A stretch of DNA of 64,000 nt from Nannocystis pusilla (GTDB taxonomy: Bacteria > Myxococcota_A > Polyangia > Nannocystales > Nannocystaceae), in NCBI RefSeq assembly GCF_049060185.1, contig NZ_JBMEQO010000002.1, one strand, 5' to 3'. Under the pieces are notes generated by a model that was not told the origin of the DNA, did not search any database, and was given only the letters and a program-made list of their open reading frames with translations. Shown piece after piece: positions 47,471-58,517 of the stretch; the stretch's first letter is position 1; each line of letters starts with the position of its first letter. Position numbers and translations under genes: made by a program.

Positions 47471-50400
47471 TTGGGCATCCACACCCGCGCCAGCGACAGC
47501 AGCTTGTCGACGTCGAGCGGCTTGGCGATGTAGTCGTTGGCGCCGGCGGCGAGGCAGCTGGCGCGATCGTCGGCCATGGCCTTGGCGGTGAGGGCGATGA
47601 TCGGGATCTTGGCGGTCGCCGGGTCGGCGCGGATCGCCCGCGTGGCGGTGAGGCCGTCCATCTCCGGCATCATCAGGTCCATCAAGATCAAGTCGACGCC
47701 CGGCTTGAGTTTCAGGTGCTGCAGCGCCTCCTTGCCGTTGCGCGCGATCTCCACCTTGGCCCCGCGCGGCTCGAGCACGCTGGTCAAGGCGAACACGTTG
47801 CGGACGTCGTCCTCGACGACGAGCACGCGCCGACCCTCGAACACGGCGTCGCGGTGGCGAGCGTCCCGCAGCATGCGCTGTCGCTCTGGCGGGAGGCTGG
47901 TCTCGACCTGGTGGAGGAACAGGGTGACCTCGTCGAGCAGCCGCTCCGGCGAGCGCGCGCCCTTGATGATGATGGACTGCGAGAAGCGCCCGAGCTCCTG
48001 CTCCTCGGCCCGGCTGATCGCCCGGCCGGTGTAGACGATGACGGGCGGGAACCCGTACTGGTCGCCCTGGGCCATCTCCCGCAAGAGTTCAGAACCTGAC
48101 CTGTCGGGCAGGCTGAGGTCGAGGACCATGCAGTCGAAGGTGGTGGTGCGCAACGCGCGGAGAGCGTCGGCGGCGGTGCCGACCGGCACTGTCTCGACGT
48201 CGTCGGCCGCGAGCAGCTTGCAGGTGCTCTCGCGGTGGACGACGTCGTCCTCGACGACGAGGACGCGCCGCAGCGACTGGGTGGCCTTCGACTCGAGCCG
48301 CCGCAGGGCCGCGACCAACTGATCGCGGACGACGGGCTTGATGGCGTAGGCGACCGCGCCCATCTCGAGCGCGGTGCGGGTGTGGTCGCTGGCGGAGATG
48401 ACGTGGACCGGGATGTGCCGGGTCGCGGGGTCGTGCTTGAGCGCGTCGAGGACGCTGAGGCCGGAGCGGTCGGGCAGGAGACGTCGAGGACGATGGCGCT
48501 CGGCCGCTGCTGACGCGCGAGCGCCAGGCCCTCCTCGGCGGTGTCGGCCAGGAGGGGTGGAAGTCGAGCTCGCGCGCGAGGCCGGCGAGGATGCCGGCGA
48601 ACGCAGGGTCGTCCTCGACGACGAGGATCGAGCGCGCGGCGGCCGGCGGCTGGGGCGGGGGCGGCGGCGCGGGGAGGCGACGCAAGGGGGGATGGGCGCC
48701 GGCGGTGGCAAGGGCGCGAGGGTCGGCGCCGGGTCCGAGCCGCGGGCGACGAGCTGCGCGGGGATGGTGAGGGTGAAGGTGCTTCCGCGGCCGACGACGC
48801 TGGCGACGGTGAGGTCGCCGCCGAGCAGGCGCGCGAGGTCGCGTGAGATCGAGAGACCGAGGCCGGTGCCGCCGTACTTGCGGTTGGTCGTGCCGTCGGC
48901 CTGGCGGAACGCTTCGAAGATCAGCTCCTGCTGATCGGGCGGGATGCCGATGCCGGTGTCGGTGACGTCGAAGGCGACCGCGCCGGCCCCGGCGGCGCGC
49001 ACCGTGAGCTTGACGCCGCCCTGCTCGGTGAACTTGAGCGCGTTCGACAGCAGGTTGCGCAGGATCTGCGACAGCCGCGTCGGATCGGTCTGGAGCGCGC
49101 CCGGGACGTCGCGCTGGACGTCGAGGTCGAGGGCGAGCCGGCGATCGCGGGCGACCGGGCGGAAGGTCGACATCATCTGGTCGGTGACGCGCGCCAGCGA
49201 GATGGTCTCGGGCCGGACGTCGAGCATGCCGGCCTCGATCTTCGACAGGTCGAGGATGTCGTTGATGAGGGTGAGGAGGTCGTTGCCGGCGGAGTAGATG
49301 GTCTCGGCGAACTTGACCTGCTCGGCGTCGAGGTTGCCCGGGCGGTTGTCGGCCAGCAGCCGGGCGAGGATCAGCGAGCTGTTGAGCGGGGTGCGCAGCT
49401 CGTGGGACATGTTGGCGAGGAACTCGGACTTGAAGGTGGAGGTCCGCTTGAGCTGGATCTGCGCCTGCGTGAGGGTGTCGCGCTCGGCCTGCAGCGCCTG
49501 CGTCTGCTCCTCGAGGTGGGCGTTGATCTGCTCGAGCTCGGCCTGCTGATTGCCGAGGCGCGCCCGCGACTCCTCGAGCGCGCGGGTCTGCTGCTCGAGC
49601 TCCTCGTTCTGCACCCGCAGCTCTTCTTGTTGGGTCTGCAACTCCTCGGCCTGACGCTGGGTCTCCTCCAGCAGGGCGGCGAGCCGCTCCTTCTGCTCGG
49701 AGCTGCGGACCGCGAGCGCGACGGTCTCGCCGATCCGCTCGAGCAAGGCGCGCACGCGCGGCTCGGCCGGGCGCAGGAAGCCGAGCTCGAGCACTGCGAT
49801 GGTGACGCCGTCGACCCGCGCGGGCAGCACGAGCACGTGGGCGGGGAGGCGCTCGCTGGTGCCGGTGCGCAGGGGCAGCTCGTCGGCGTCGCGCAGCTCG
49901 ACGACCTGGCCGCCGGCGGCGGCGCGGCCGATGACGCCCTCGCCGGCGGCGAACGTCTCCGGCCCGGCGACCCGCGAGTCGAGCGCGAGGCCGACGCGCC
50001 GCACCCAGTCGCCGCCGTCGCGCACGAAGAAGGCGCCGACGTCGGCGCCGGCGTGGGCGGCGAGCGCGGCCAGGCAGTCGTGGCCGACCTGCACGGTGCT
50101 CTTCTCGCCCTGCACGACCTCGGCGACGCGCGTGTGACCCTCGCGGATCCAGGCCTCGGCCTCGAGCGCGGCGCGGGCCTGCTGCTCGGCGTCGAGGGCG
50201 GTGCCGAAGGTGCTGGCGATCGAGGCGAGCTGGCGCCGCGAGAGGAAGGCGAGCAGGAGGGCGACGCCGGCGAGCAGCGCGACGAAGGCGGTCCGCGCGA
50301 TCGCGGTCGAGCGCTCCGAGGCGACGGCGCGCGCGCAGCAGGTCCTTCTCGATGTCGGTGGCCACGGCCATGGCGTCGCGGATGTCGTCCATCCGGGCCT

Positions 50401-50844
50401 TGCGCGCGAGCATGGCGGCGGGGCTGCGCGCCTGGTCGAGGTCGTGACCGGTCAGCGCGGCCTCGCAGGTGGCGTACCACTCGCGGTAGTGCTGGTGGGC
50501 CTGATCGAACTGAGCCTGCTGCGAGGGGCTGTCGGCGACGAGCTCGTGCAGGCGCTCGAACTTGCCGTCCGGGTGCGCCCGCTCGAACGGCCCCAGGTAC
50601 TGGCGATCGCCGGTGAGCAGGAAGCCGCGCAGCGCGGTCTCCTGATCGACGATCTCGAGCATCGTCGCGTTGGCCTGCGACAGGACCTCGTTGCTGTGGT
50701 TGACCCAGGCGGCGTCGTCCGCCATCAGGAGGATCTGCCGGCCGAGGACGACGCCGAGCAGCAACAGGAGGGCGATCGGCGTGGCGATGGCGACGGTGAG
50801 CCGCTTGGTGAGCGACGTGCGCTGCTCGTCCCTGGTGAGGTTCA
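47467..50844 (-). CDS. hybrid sensor kinase CHASE3 - coiled coil/GAF - HisKA - HATPase_c - REC x3, about 1125 aa; 3 or more frame breaks
   Basis: TM + CHASE3: [19 protein letters not shown]...[28 protein letters not shown] heptad coiled coil: [21 protein letters not shown]-box: [11 protein letters not shown]. ATPase: [11 protein letters not shown]...[10 protein letters not shown]. Three D-containing receivers, the last DLMMPEMDG. Confidence 0.75.
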
Positions 50845-51345
50845 CCCGATGCTCCTTGTGTCCGCGGTGTCCGAGGCGCCCCCGCCGGCCGATGGCCGCT
50901 GCGCGGCGAACCCCGACGAGCGTGTGGCCGGGCCCGGCCGCCCCAGCCCGTGAGGTCCCATGATTCGCACGAATGGTGATTCGTGGCGGGGCGCGCAGGG
51001 GGCCGAGCAGGTCGCGGCGGGTGATCTTTCGCATGACGCGTATCAGGGGTCGCTGCGACGATCGATGTCTCCCCTGCGGGCCAGGCGATACCCCCGTCTC
51101 CACGCCCGCGTCCCCGGCAGAACGGCGCCGAGGCCGAGGGGAGAAGGTCGATACGGCCGAGCCCGCTGCGGCGTGATTCGTACGAGCGGGCTGCGTCATG
51201 CGCGCAAGCGGTGGGAATGGCGAACGAGCCGCCGAAATCGACGGCGCGACGAGGGCCGTCAGCGAGCACCTGCGCCGTTTCGTGGCGCTAGTCGGGCGAG
51301 CGCGCGGTGCAACCACGATCAAACTGGTGGGCGGAGAAACCGACC

Positions 51346-51552
51346 ATGAACCGCGATCAAATTCAGGGGAAGTGGGAGCAGCTCAAGGGCAAGGCGAAGC
51401 AGTTCTGGGGGAACCTGACCGACGACGATTTCCTCAAGGCCGAAGGCAACGCCGACAAGCTGTGCGGGATCATTCAGGAGCGCTCGGGCGAGCGCCGCGA
51501 AGAGATCGAGCGCAAGCTGGGCTACAAGGCCGAAAACAACAGCAACCTGTGA
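51346..51552 (+). CDS. CsbD-family general stress protein of about 68 aa
   Basis: [58 protein letters not shown]. Confidence 0.75.
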   Translation: MNRDQIQGKWEQLKGKAKQFWGNLTDDDFLKAEGNADKLCGIIQERSGERREEIERKLGYKAENNSNL

Positions 51553-51899
51553 CGAATGTCGGCGCTCCGCGCCGCTCTGCGATGCGATTCGGCGCGCCTG
51601 CAGGTCCGTGACCTGCAGGCGCGCCGAACCCTTTGCGCCGCGAACGATCCTCCGGCGCTGCGGCCGCCCCGCCCGCCGCGTGCGTGACCCGCAGCGGGTG
51701 ACGCGAATGCGCGGGCGGTTCAGGGCGCCGCCCATTCATGCTACCGCCCGGAGGTCCTGGCGGTGGTCGAGGCATTTCGGGGCGCGCGTCACCGGTCGAC
51801 GGCGCTCGATCGACAGCGAGCCGATGGGCCGCACGAGCGAGCGCGCGTCGGTACGAGGCGCATGTTCCATGGGGCATGTTGCGAAGGACAGGTCCGCGC

Positions 51900-53376
51900 T
51901 GCGGCGGGCTCGTCGTTCAGGTGCCCGGAGGCACATCATCGCCGGGTCGAGGTGTTCGGGGCTGTACTCGCCCTGGCAGAACTCGCCGTAGTGCTCCCAC
52001 TGCATGTTCTCGTCGTCGATGTAGACGGTGTTGGCGGGGTCGAACGAGAAGGGGCACAGGTCGACCACGTCGCCGAGGCCGTCGAAGTCCTGGTCCGACT
52101 GCGGCATCAGGCAGGCGCTCGCCCACAAGGTGGCGAGGTCGACGGTGCCGTTCAGCGGCTGGCCCTCCTGGGCGCAGCCGGGCGGGAGTTGGACGACGCC
52201 CGGTTGGGCGAGGACCTTGGGGGTCAGTGGCACCGTGGCGCCGTCGGGATCGAGGGTGGTGCCGGCGGGGTGGAGGCGGACGCAGCAATAGCCGTTGGCG
52301 CTGAGGTCGTAGAAGCCGATCCGGCGCGGGTCGGGGACGAGGTCGGCGTCCGGCGTGGTCTCGCAGTTGAAGCCGACGAAGTCGGCGTCCTGGTCGTTGT
52401 CCTCCGATTGGCCCATCTGGACCTGCTGCGGGTTGCCGACGAAGGGGCAGGTGTCGCAGATGTCGCCGACGGTGTCGCCGTCGTGGTCGGCGTGGCCGCA
52501 CTGGCCCTGGACGCACGTGCTGGCCGCAGGGCAGTCGGCGTCGACGTCGCACGCCTGCGGGGGCACGGGCTGGCGCGGGCAGCCGTCGTCCCCGTTGCGC
52601 AGGCCGTCCTGGTCGAAATCGTCGTCGAGGCCGAAGCCGACCGGGCCGGCGGCGCCCGGCAGCATGGTGCCGGCGCAGGCGTCGCCGACGAGGTCCTTGT
52701 CGGCGTCGATCTGGCAGTCGTCGCCGTCGAAGGCGATCGGGTCGCCGAGCTCGTAGGGGTCGAGGCCCTCGCCGTAGTCGCCGCAATTGGGGGTGCGCAC
52801 GCAATTGTCGCAGGCGTCGCCGATGCCGTCGCGATCGCTGTCGGCGGTGCTCGGGATGTTGCGCACCTTCAGGCGCTCGGGGATCGGAGCGTCGGTGTCG
52901 TTGTAGTGCGCGGCCGCCTTTGCGCACAGGTCGCAGGCGTTGCCGATGCCGTCCTTGTCGCTGTCGGCCTTGGGCTCGCCGACCGGGAGGGTGGGGCACA
53001 GGTCGGCGACGTCGCCGAAGCCGTCGCCGTCGACGTCCGACTGGTCAGGGTTGAAGTAATCGGGGGCGTTGTCGCAGTGCCACATCACGCCGTCGCGATC
53101 CAGGTCCAGCTTGCAGTCGGTGACCGGACCGTCGCAGCTCGGCAGCGGCTCGTCGCCGGTGGTGTCGGTGGTGGTCAGGTCGGTGGTCGTGCTCGCGCCG
53201 GAGGTCGATTCGGCGGGGCCGGTGTCGGCGCCGGTGCTGCCGGGATCGACGGTGCCGCCAGGGTCGGTGGCGCCGTCGGTGTCGAAGGGGTCGAGCTCGG
53301 CGGGCTTGCAAGCGCCCAGGACGAGGAGCACGGCGCCGAGCAGGTGGCGCGGTTGGCGGAGGTGAGGGCGAATCAT
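51900..53376 (-). CDS. secreted lipoprotein with multiple thrombospondin type-3-like Ca-binding repeats; true 3' end uncertain
   Basis: Lipobox signal MIRPHLRQPRHLLGAVLLVLGACKP, a T/S/G-rich linker, then repeated DxDxDGxxDxCD units. The ORF reads on to 51736 through a CATG palindrome. Confidence 0.55.
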
Positions 53377-53665
53377 GATGCTGCAGTCGTGTGAGCCGAT
53401 CGCGACGGCTCACCGATCTTGCGGCCGTGCGCGCGAACGATCGGACGGGCTTCGGACACGGCGGGGCGAGCGAGCGGGAAGCCGGCCGGCGAGGAACTCC
53501 CGCTCGCGGCGCGATCCGAGGAGGTGCGTGGGGCCTCGGGCGCTCGCGGGTGCGGGCGCTCGGAAACTCACGATCGCCGGAGGGCTGATATGGGGCTTCG
53601 AGGACCCGATCGAGTCGAGCCCGCGGCCCGCGGCGTCGCTGCGCGGACCGAAGATCGGATTGATA

Positions 53666-53692
53666 GGACATGCCTGAACGGACATGTTCAAA
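53666..53692. promoter_or_regulatory. palindromic GGACATG element in a divergent promoter region
   Basis: taggacatgcctgaacggacatgttcaaa lies between the TSP3 lipoprotein start and the (AAEPAK)6 lipoprotein start. Confidence 0.5.
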
Positions 53693-53809
53693 ATCGCGAG
53701 CTCGCGGACCCCGTGCGGGGTGACTCGGCGCGCAGTTTCGTCGTAGGCTCCGCGGCCTCGCGGCGGAAACGACCCGCCCGGGCCCGCGGCCTCCCAGGCA
53801 GACAAGTCC

Positions 53810-54371
53810 ATGCAACGCTCGCACCTCTTCGCCACTCTCCTCTCTCTCCGCGCTCGTCGCCTGCGACAAGCCGAAGGCGGCCGAGCCGGCCAAGGCGGCC
53901 GAGCCGGCCAAGGCGGCCGAGCCGGTCAAGGCGGCCGAGCCGGCCAAGGCGGCCGAGCCGATCAAGGCGGCCGAGCCGGTCAAGGCGACTGAGCCGGCTG
54001 GAGCGGTCAGCCAAAACGATCGCAGCAAGGATCCCGCGTTTGCGCTCAAGACCGAGGGCCACAACTACGTCGGCCTGGTGGTCGATCGTTGCCCCGAGGG
54101 CTTCCGGATCGCCAGCTCTCTGCACGAGGCCGAGCCCAAGATCGAGGGCGACAAGCTGCTCCTCAAGCTGCACTACGGCGGGTGCCCGCTGTGGACCGGC
54201 TTTGCAGTGGTCCCCGGACAGGGCTCGCCGCTGCCGTTCTATCTGTGCGAGGACATCGAGCACGACCGTTGTGAGCTGGCCGGCCACAAGACGTGGGAGT
54301 TCGCTATCGGCGAGGCGCTCAAGAAGAGCGGCGCGACCGCGGTGACCTACGCGACGCCGCCGGCCCAGTGA
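53810..54371 (+). CDS. lipoprotein with six AKAAEP tandem repeats and a conserved C-terminal domain; frame break in ctctctctc near 53845
   Basis: MQRSHLFATLLSL, then after a shift SALVACDKPK (lipobox), then (AAEPAK)x6 encoded by 18-bp repeats gccaaggcggccgagccg, then ...VVDRCPEGFRIASSLHEAEPKIEGDKLLLKLHYGGCPLWTGFAVVPG... Confidence 0.55.
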
Positions 54372-54452
54372 CCGGGTCGTGGCGCGGCGGTCGCTTCGGA
54401 GCGGTCTAAATGCTCGCGGTGCGCTGCAGTCGGTGAGCGCTCGGCCGGCGGC

Positions 54453-55319
54453 TCAGGCCTGCGGGTCGAAGTCGGTGGCGCGGGCCAGCGCTTCGGCGTG
54501 GTCGACGTCTGCGGCGATCTTGGCCAGCTTGGCGCGGATCTGGTCGACCGCGTCGCCGCCGAGCGGGAGGCGCAGCGGGACGGCGGAGCGGCCGACGACG
54601 TCGACGATCGCGCGCGCGGCCTTGGCTGGATCGCCGCCCTGCTCGCCGTGGGTCTGCGTCACCCACGAGCGCATCGCCCCGACGGTGTCGGCGTAGGCGT
54701 CCATGGCCGGCATGTGGCGGAAGGCGGAGCCGAACAGGGCGGTGCGGAAGGCGCCCGGCTCGACCACGAGGACGCGGACGCCGTGCGGCTCGACCTCGGC
54801 GGCGAGGCTCTCGGACACCGCCTCGAGCGCGTGCTTGGCCGCGCAGTAGGCCCCGAACCCGGGCGCGGTGGTGATGCCGCCGACGCTGGTGATCTGGACG
54901 ATCGTGCCGCTCCGGCGCGCGCGCATGTGCGGCAGGACCTCGCGGGTGGTGGCGACCGCGGCGAAGAACATCAGCTCCATCGTCGCTCGCAGCGCGTCGT
55001 CGTCGGTCTCCTCGAGCGCGCCGAGGATGCTAAAGCCGGCGTTGTTGACGAGGACGTCGATGCGGCCGAAGCGGGCCACGGCGGCGGCGACGGCGGCGCG
55101 CACCTGCTCGGGGCGGGTGACGTCGAGCTCGGCGAGCTGGACGCGATCGGGGGCGCGGGCGGCCAGGTCGGCGAGGGCATCGGGTCGGCGCGCGGTGGCG
55201 ACGACGCTGTCGCCGCGGGCGAGGACCTCCTCGACGAGGGCGCGGCCGAAGCCGGAGGACGAGCCGGTGACGAACCAGACCTTGGCGGTCTCGGAGGTGG
55301 GGGCGGGGCGGGTGCTCAT
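54453..55319 (-). CDS. SDR-family oxidoreductase
   Basis: VWFVTGSSSGFGRALVEEVL, VLVNNAG and YCAAKHALEAV (YxxxK). Intact. Confidence 0.8.
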   Translation of the reverse strand: MSTRPAPTSETAKVWFVTGSSSGFGRALVEEVLARGDSVVATARRPDALADLAARAPDRVQLAELDVTRPEQVRAAVAAAVARFGRIDVLVNNAGFSILGALEETDDDALRATMELMFFAAVATTREVLPHMRARRSGTIVQITSVGGITTAPGFGAYCAAKHALEAVSESLAAEVEPHGVRVLVVEPGAFRTALFGSAFRHMPAMDAYADTVGAMRSWVTQTHGEQGGDPAKAARAIVDVVGRSAVPLRLPLGGDAVDQIRAKLAKIAADVDHAEALARATDFDPQA

Positions 55320-55406
55320 GGCGGTCTCCTGGCGGAAGAAGCTAGGCGCCCGCGCCGCGGCCGAGAAGCGCGCGAATTGCCGCTCGCTTTTCAGTTCTGC
55401 TAACAA

Positions 55407-56340
55407 GTGGCGGCGATGCACGATCTCTCGGGTCTGACGGCGCTTCTGGTGGTGGCAGACAAGCGCAGCTTCACGGCCGCGGCGGCGGAGCTGCGCGTGA
55501 CCCCGTCGGCGGTGAGCCAGAGCGTCCGCGCGCTCGAGGAGCGGGTGGGGGTGCGGCTGCTCCAGCGCACGACCCGGAGCGTGGGGCTGACCGAGGCGGG
55601 GGAGCGCTTCGTCGGCCAACTGCGGCCGGCGATGGCGGGGGTCGAGGCGGCGTTCGAAGCGCTCGATCAGGTGCGCGGGCGGCCGACGGGGACGCTGCGC
55701 CTGAACGTGCCGCGAGTGGCCAGCCGCTGGGTGCTGGAGCCGATCCTGGCCCCGTTCCTGGCGGCGCACCCGGAGATCCGCCTCGAGATCACGACCGACG
55801 ACGGGTTCGCCGACATCGTCGCGCAGGGCTTCGACGCGGGCGTCCGGATCGGCGAGATGCTCGACAAGGACGTGGTCGCGGTCCGCCTGACGGGCGACAT
55901 GCGCTCGGCGGTGGTCGGCTCGCCGGCGTACTTCGCCGCGCACCCGAAGCCGAAGCACCCGCGCGAGCTGCTCGAGCACGAATGCATCAACTACCGCCGG
56001 GTCTCCAGCGGGGCGGTGTACCGCTGGGAGTTCACCGAGAAGGGCGCGACATCAGCCTGGCGGTCGAGGGTCGGCTGGTCACCAACGAGTACGACGTGAT
56101 GGTGCGCGCGGCCCTCGACGGGGTCGGGCTGGCGTACCTGCTCGAGAACTCGGTGACGGAGGCGCTGGCCGAGAAGCGCCTGGTCCGGGTGCTGACGACG
56201 TACTGCCCGCCGTTCCCGGGGCTGTTCTTGTATTACCCGAGCCGCACGCAGGTGCGCCGAAGCTGCGCGCGCTGGTCGAGTTCCTGCGGGCGCGGCGGCG
56301 CGGGGCGACGGGCACGCTCCGACGGAGCGCGACCTGACAG
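55407..56340 (+). CDS. LysR-family transcriptional regulator; C-terminal frame breaks
   Basis: HTH: LLVVADKRSFTAAAAELRVTPSAVSQSVRALEERVGVRLLQR. Substrate domain: LRLNVPRVAS...; C-terminal VRAALDGVGLAYLLE is in another frame. Divergent from the SDR gene, the classic LysR layout. Confidence 0.7.
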
Positions 56341-56450
56341 CAGAGGACGACCGCAGGTGCGGCCAGATTCGCTTCGGGGCGGATTATGATTCGAGAGAGG
56401 AACTTCGATGACCGACACACGACGCCACCGGCGCCGCCTCGAACGACTCC

Positions 56451-57388
56451 GTGGAGGACATCGTAGTCGTCCAGGAGACCGGCGGCATGGTGTATTTCCT
56501 GTTGATCACCTACGCGCCGGGCGATTCGGGCAACGCTTCCGGGTATGTCTTCCGGCGTCCAGTCGGCAGCGACGGGCCTGCCGAGAACATCCTGGCCACC
56601 AACGACACGCTCCGCGAGCTGTGGTGTTCGCCGGGCGGCCATGTGTGGACGACGAGCAGCACCGGCCTGGTCTGGACCAGCGCCCCCGTCGCGTGGTCGG
56701 AGGACATGCCGCCAGATCTGGAATTCGACACGCCGGAGGGCGGAGTGTCCTGGCACCACGTCGCGCTGCCGACACAGGAGCACAACCGTGCGCGACCGAA
56801 TCCGATGGCGATCTGGGGCACCTCGGACGACGACGTGCACGTCGCCACGTTCGGCGGCGTGCTTTATCACTGGAACGGCCGCGACTGGACGCAATTCTAT
56901 CCCGGCATCGGCAAGCCGATCGGTGCCATCCGCGGCCGTGCCGCCAATGACGTCTACGCGGCCGGTTACGGCAGCTCGCTGCTGCACTTCGACGGCGACA
57001 GGTGGACACGGATCGCCGATCCCGACGGCCCCGACGCGAACGACGTGCTGACGGGCATCGTCTTCGACGAGGCGGGGGAGGTGTACGTCTCCGGCAAGTC
57101 TCGGGGACGCGTGCTGCGCGGGTCCGCGACGCAGGGCTTCTCGGTGCTGGGCGCTACGACGCGCCCATCATCGGCATGGGTCGGGTCGATGGCCGGCTGT
57201 TCTTCGCCGCGACGAAACAGGGCGTCCTCGAATGGACGGCGGAGGGCCTGAAGACGCTGCGCGACGACATCATCCCGTGGTCGATCGCCGAGGGCGAGGG
57301 CCGCATTTATGTGACGGAGACCCCGGGCGAGGCCGCGTACTCGGAGCTCGACCTCGCCAGCGGACAGTGGCACCGGCGGTTCTACTGA
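56451..57388 (+). CDS. hypothetical repeat protein, beta-propeller-like; 1 frame break near 57130
   Basis: Recurring blocks VWTTSSTGLVWT, VHVATFGGVLYHWNGRDW, VYAAGYGSSLLHFDGDRW and VYVSGKSRGRVLRG; C-terminal IYVTETPGEAAYSELD in the adjacent frame. Confidence 0.4.
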
Positions 57389-57476
57389 ATCGAGGCGAAC
57401 TCCGCTACGGACGCCTGGCGAGGTGTGTCTGCGAAATCGGCGGGTACCGAGCCCCCGCCGGCTGCGATGGTCGTGA

Positions 57477-58131
57477 TCAGCGGATGTCCGCGACGGTCAC
57501 GCCGAGCCGCTCCGCGTAGCGCTCGAGCGTCCGCTGCCAGGCAGGGCGCGCCTGAGTCCGCTCGAAATACGCGCGCAGCCGCGGGTAGTCGGCGAGGAGG
57601 TCGGTCCGACGGATCTCGCGCAGGACGCTCGTGAGGAGGATGTCGGCGACCGTGAAGTCGTCGGCGGCGATCCAGGTCCGTCCGTTGAGCCGGCGCTCGA
57701 TCCCGTCGAGGACGCGGTGGGACCAGCGGGCCAGCGCGGCCCTCTGTTCGACGGTGCTCGGCAGGCCGCCGGCGTCGGACAGCTGGATCATCGCGATCGG
57801 TGGCTCGACCGTGGTGAGCGCGGCGAAGCACCACTGGTTCACCGCGGCCCGACCGACGGCGTCGGCCGGCAACGCGCCGGCCTTCTCCGCCAGGTAGAGC
57901 AGGATGGCGCCCGTCTCGGCGATGACGACGCCGTCGTCGTCGATCACCGGCGCCTGGTGGAACGGGCTGATCGCCGCGAACGCCGGGCCGTCGAACTCGC
58001 CGCCGGTGTGGTCGAGCGGATGGACGCGGTACGGCAGCCCGAGCTCTTCGAGCGCCCACTGGACCCGCAGGTCGCGGGTCTCGCCGATGACCTTTCGATG
58101 GACTCGGCCGAAGCCGTAGAGCGTGATCATG
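57477..58131 (-). CDS. glutathione S-transferase
   Basis: MITLYGFGRVHRKVIGETRDLRVQWALEELGLPY is the thioredoxin-like N-domain; helical C-domain follows. Intact. Confidence 0.85.
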
Positions 58132-58517
58132 CGATCCTCCTCGCCCGGGCCGTTGCGGCGTGTTGCCATCTGTGCCCGTGCAGCAGCAGTTTGAGCGAGA
58201 TCGCTCGCCGCGTCAATACATCCGGGCTCGCCTGGCAGGCGCGCAAACAAAGTTCGAACTTTTGGATCGCAACAGGAGGGTCCCGGCGCTTCACCTGGGC
58301 GAGCGGACCCATCCACACTCGAGGCCGAACCATGCATGCACCTGCGGGACTCTTTGGTTGGGTCTCTCTGTTGGCCATCACCGAGCAGATGCTCGGTGAC
58401 TGCTCCGACGAGCGCATGGCCGAGGACGTTCCCTGCTTGTGACGCATCGGCGCTGCTGGCGGTCGCCCGACGAATCTGACATCCTCGGCGCATGACGCCC
58501 CCGAATCGGCGGTTCAG

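Noticed and set aside
48089-51322. 1077-aa ORF suggesting a much longer N-terminus for the CHASE3 kinase
   Set aside because: Upstream of about 50844 the translation is low complexity with no TM or domain signal. The CHASE3 TM helix begins at VNLTRDEQ..., which is the more plausible GTG start.
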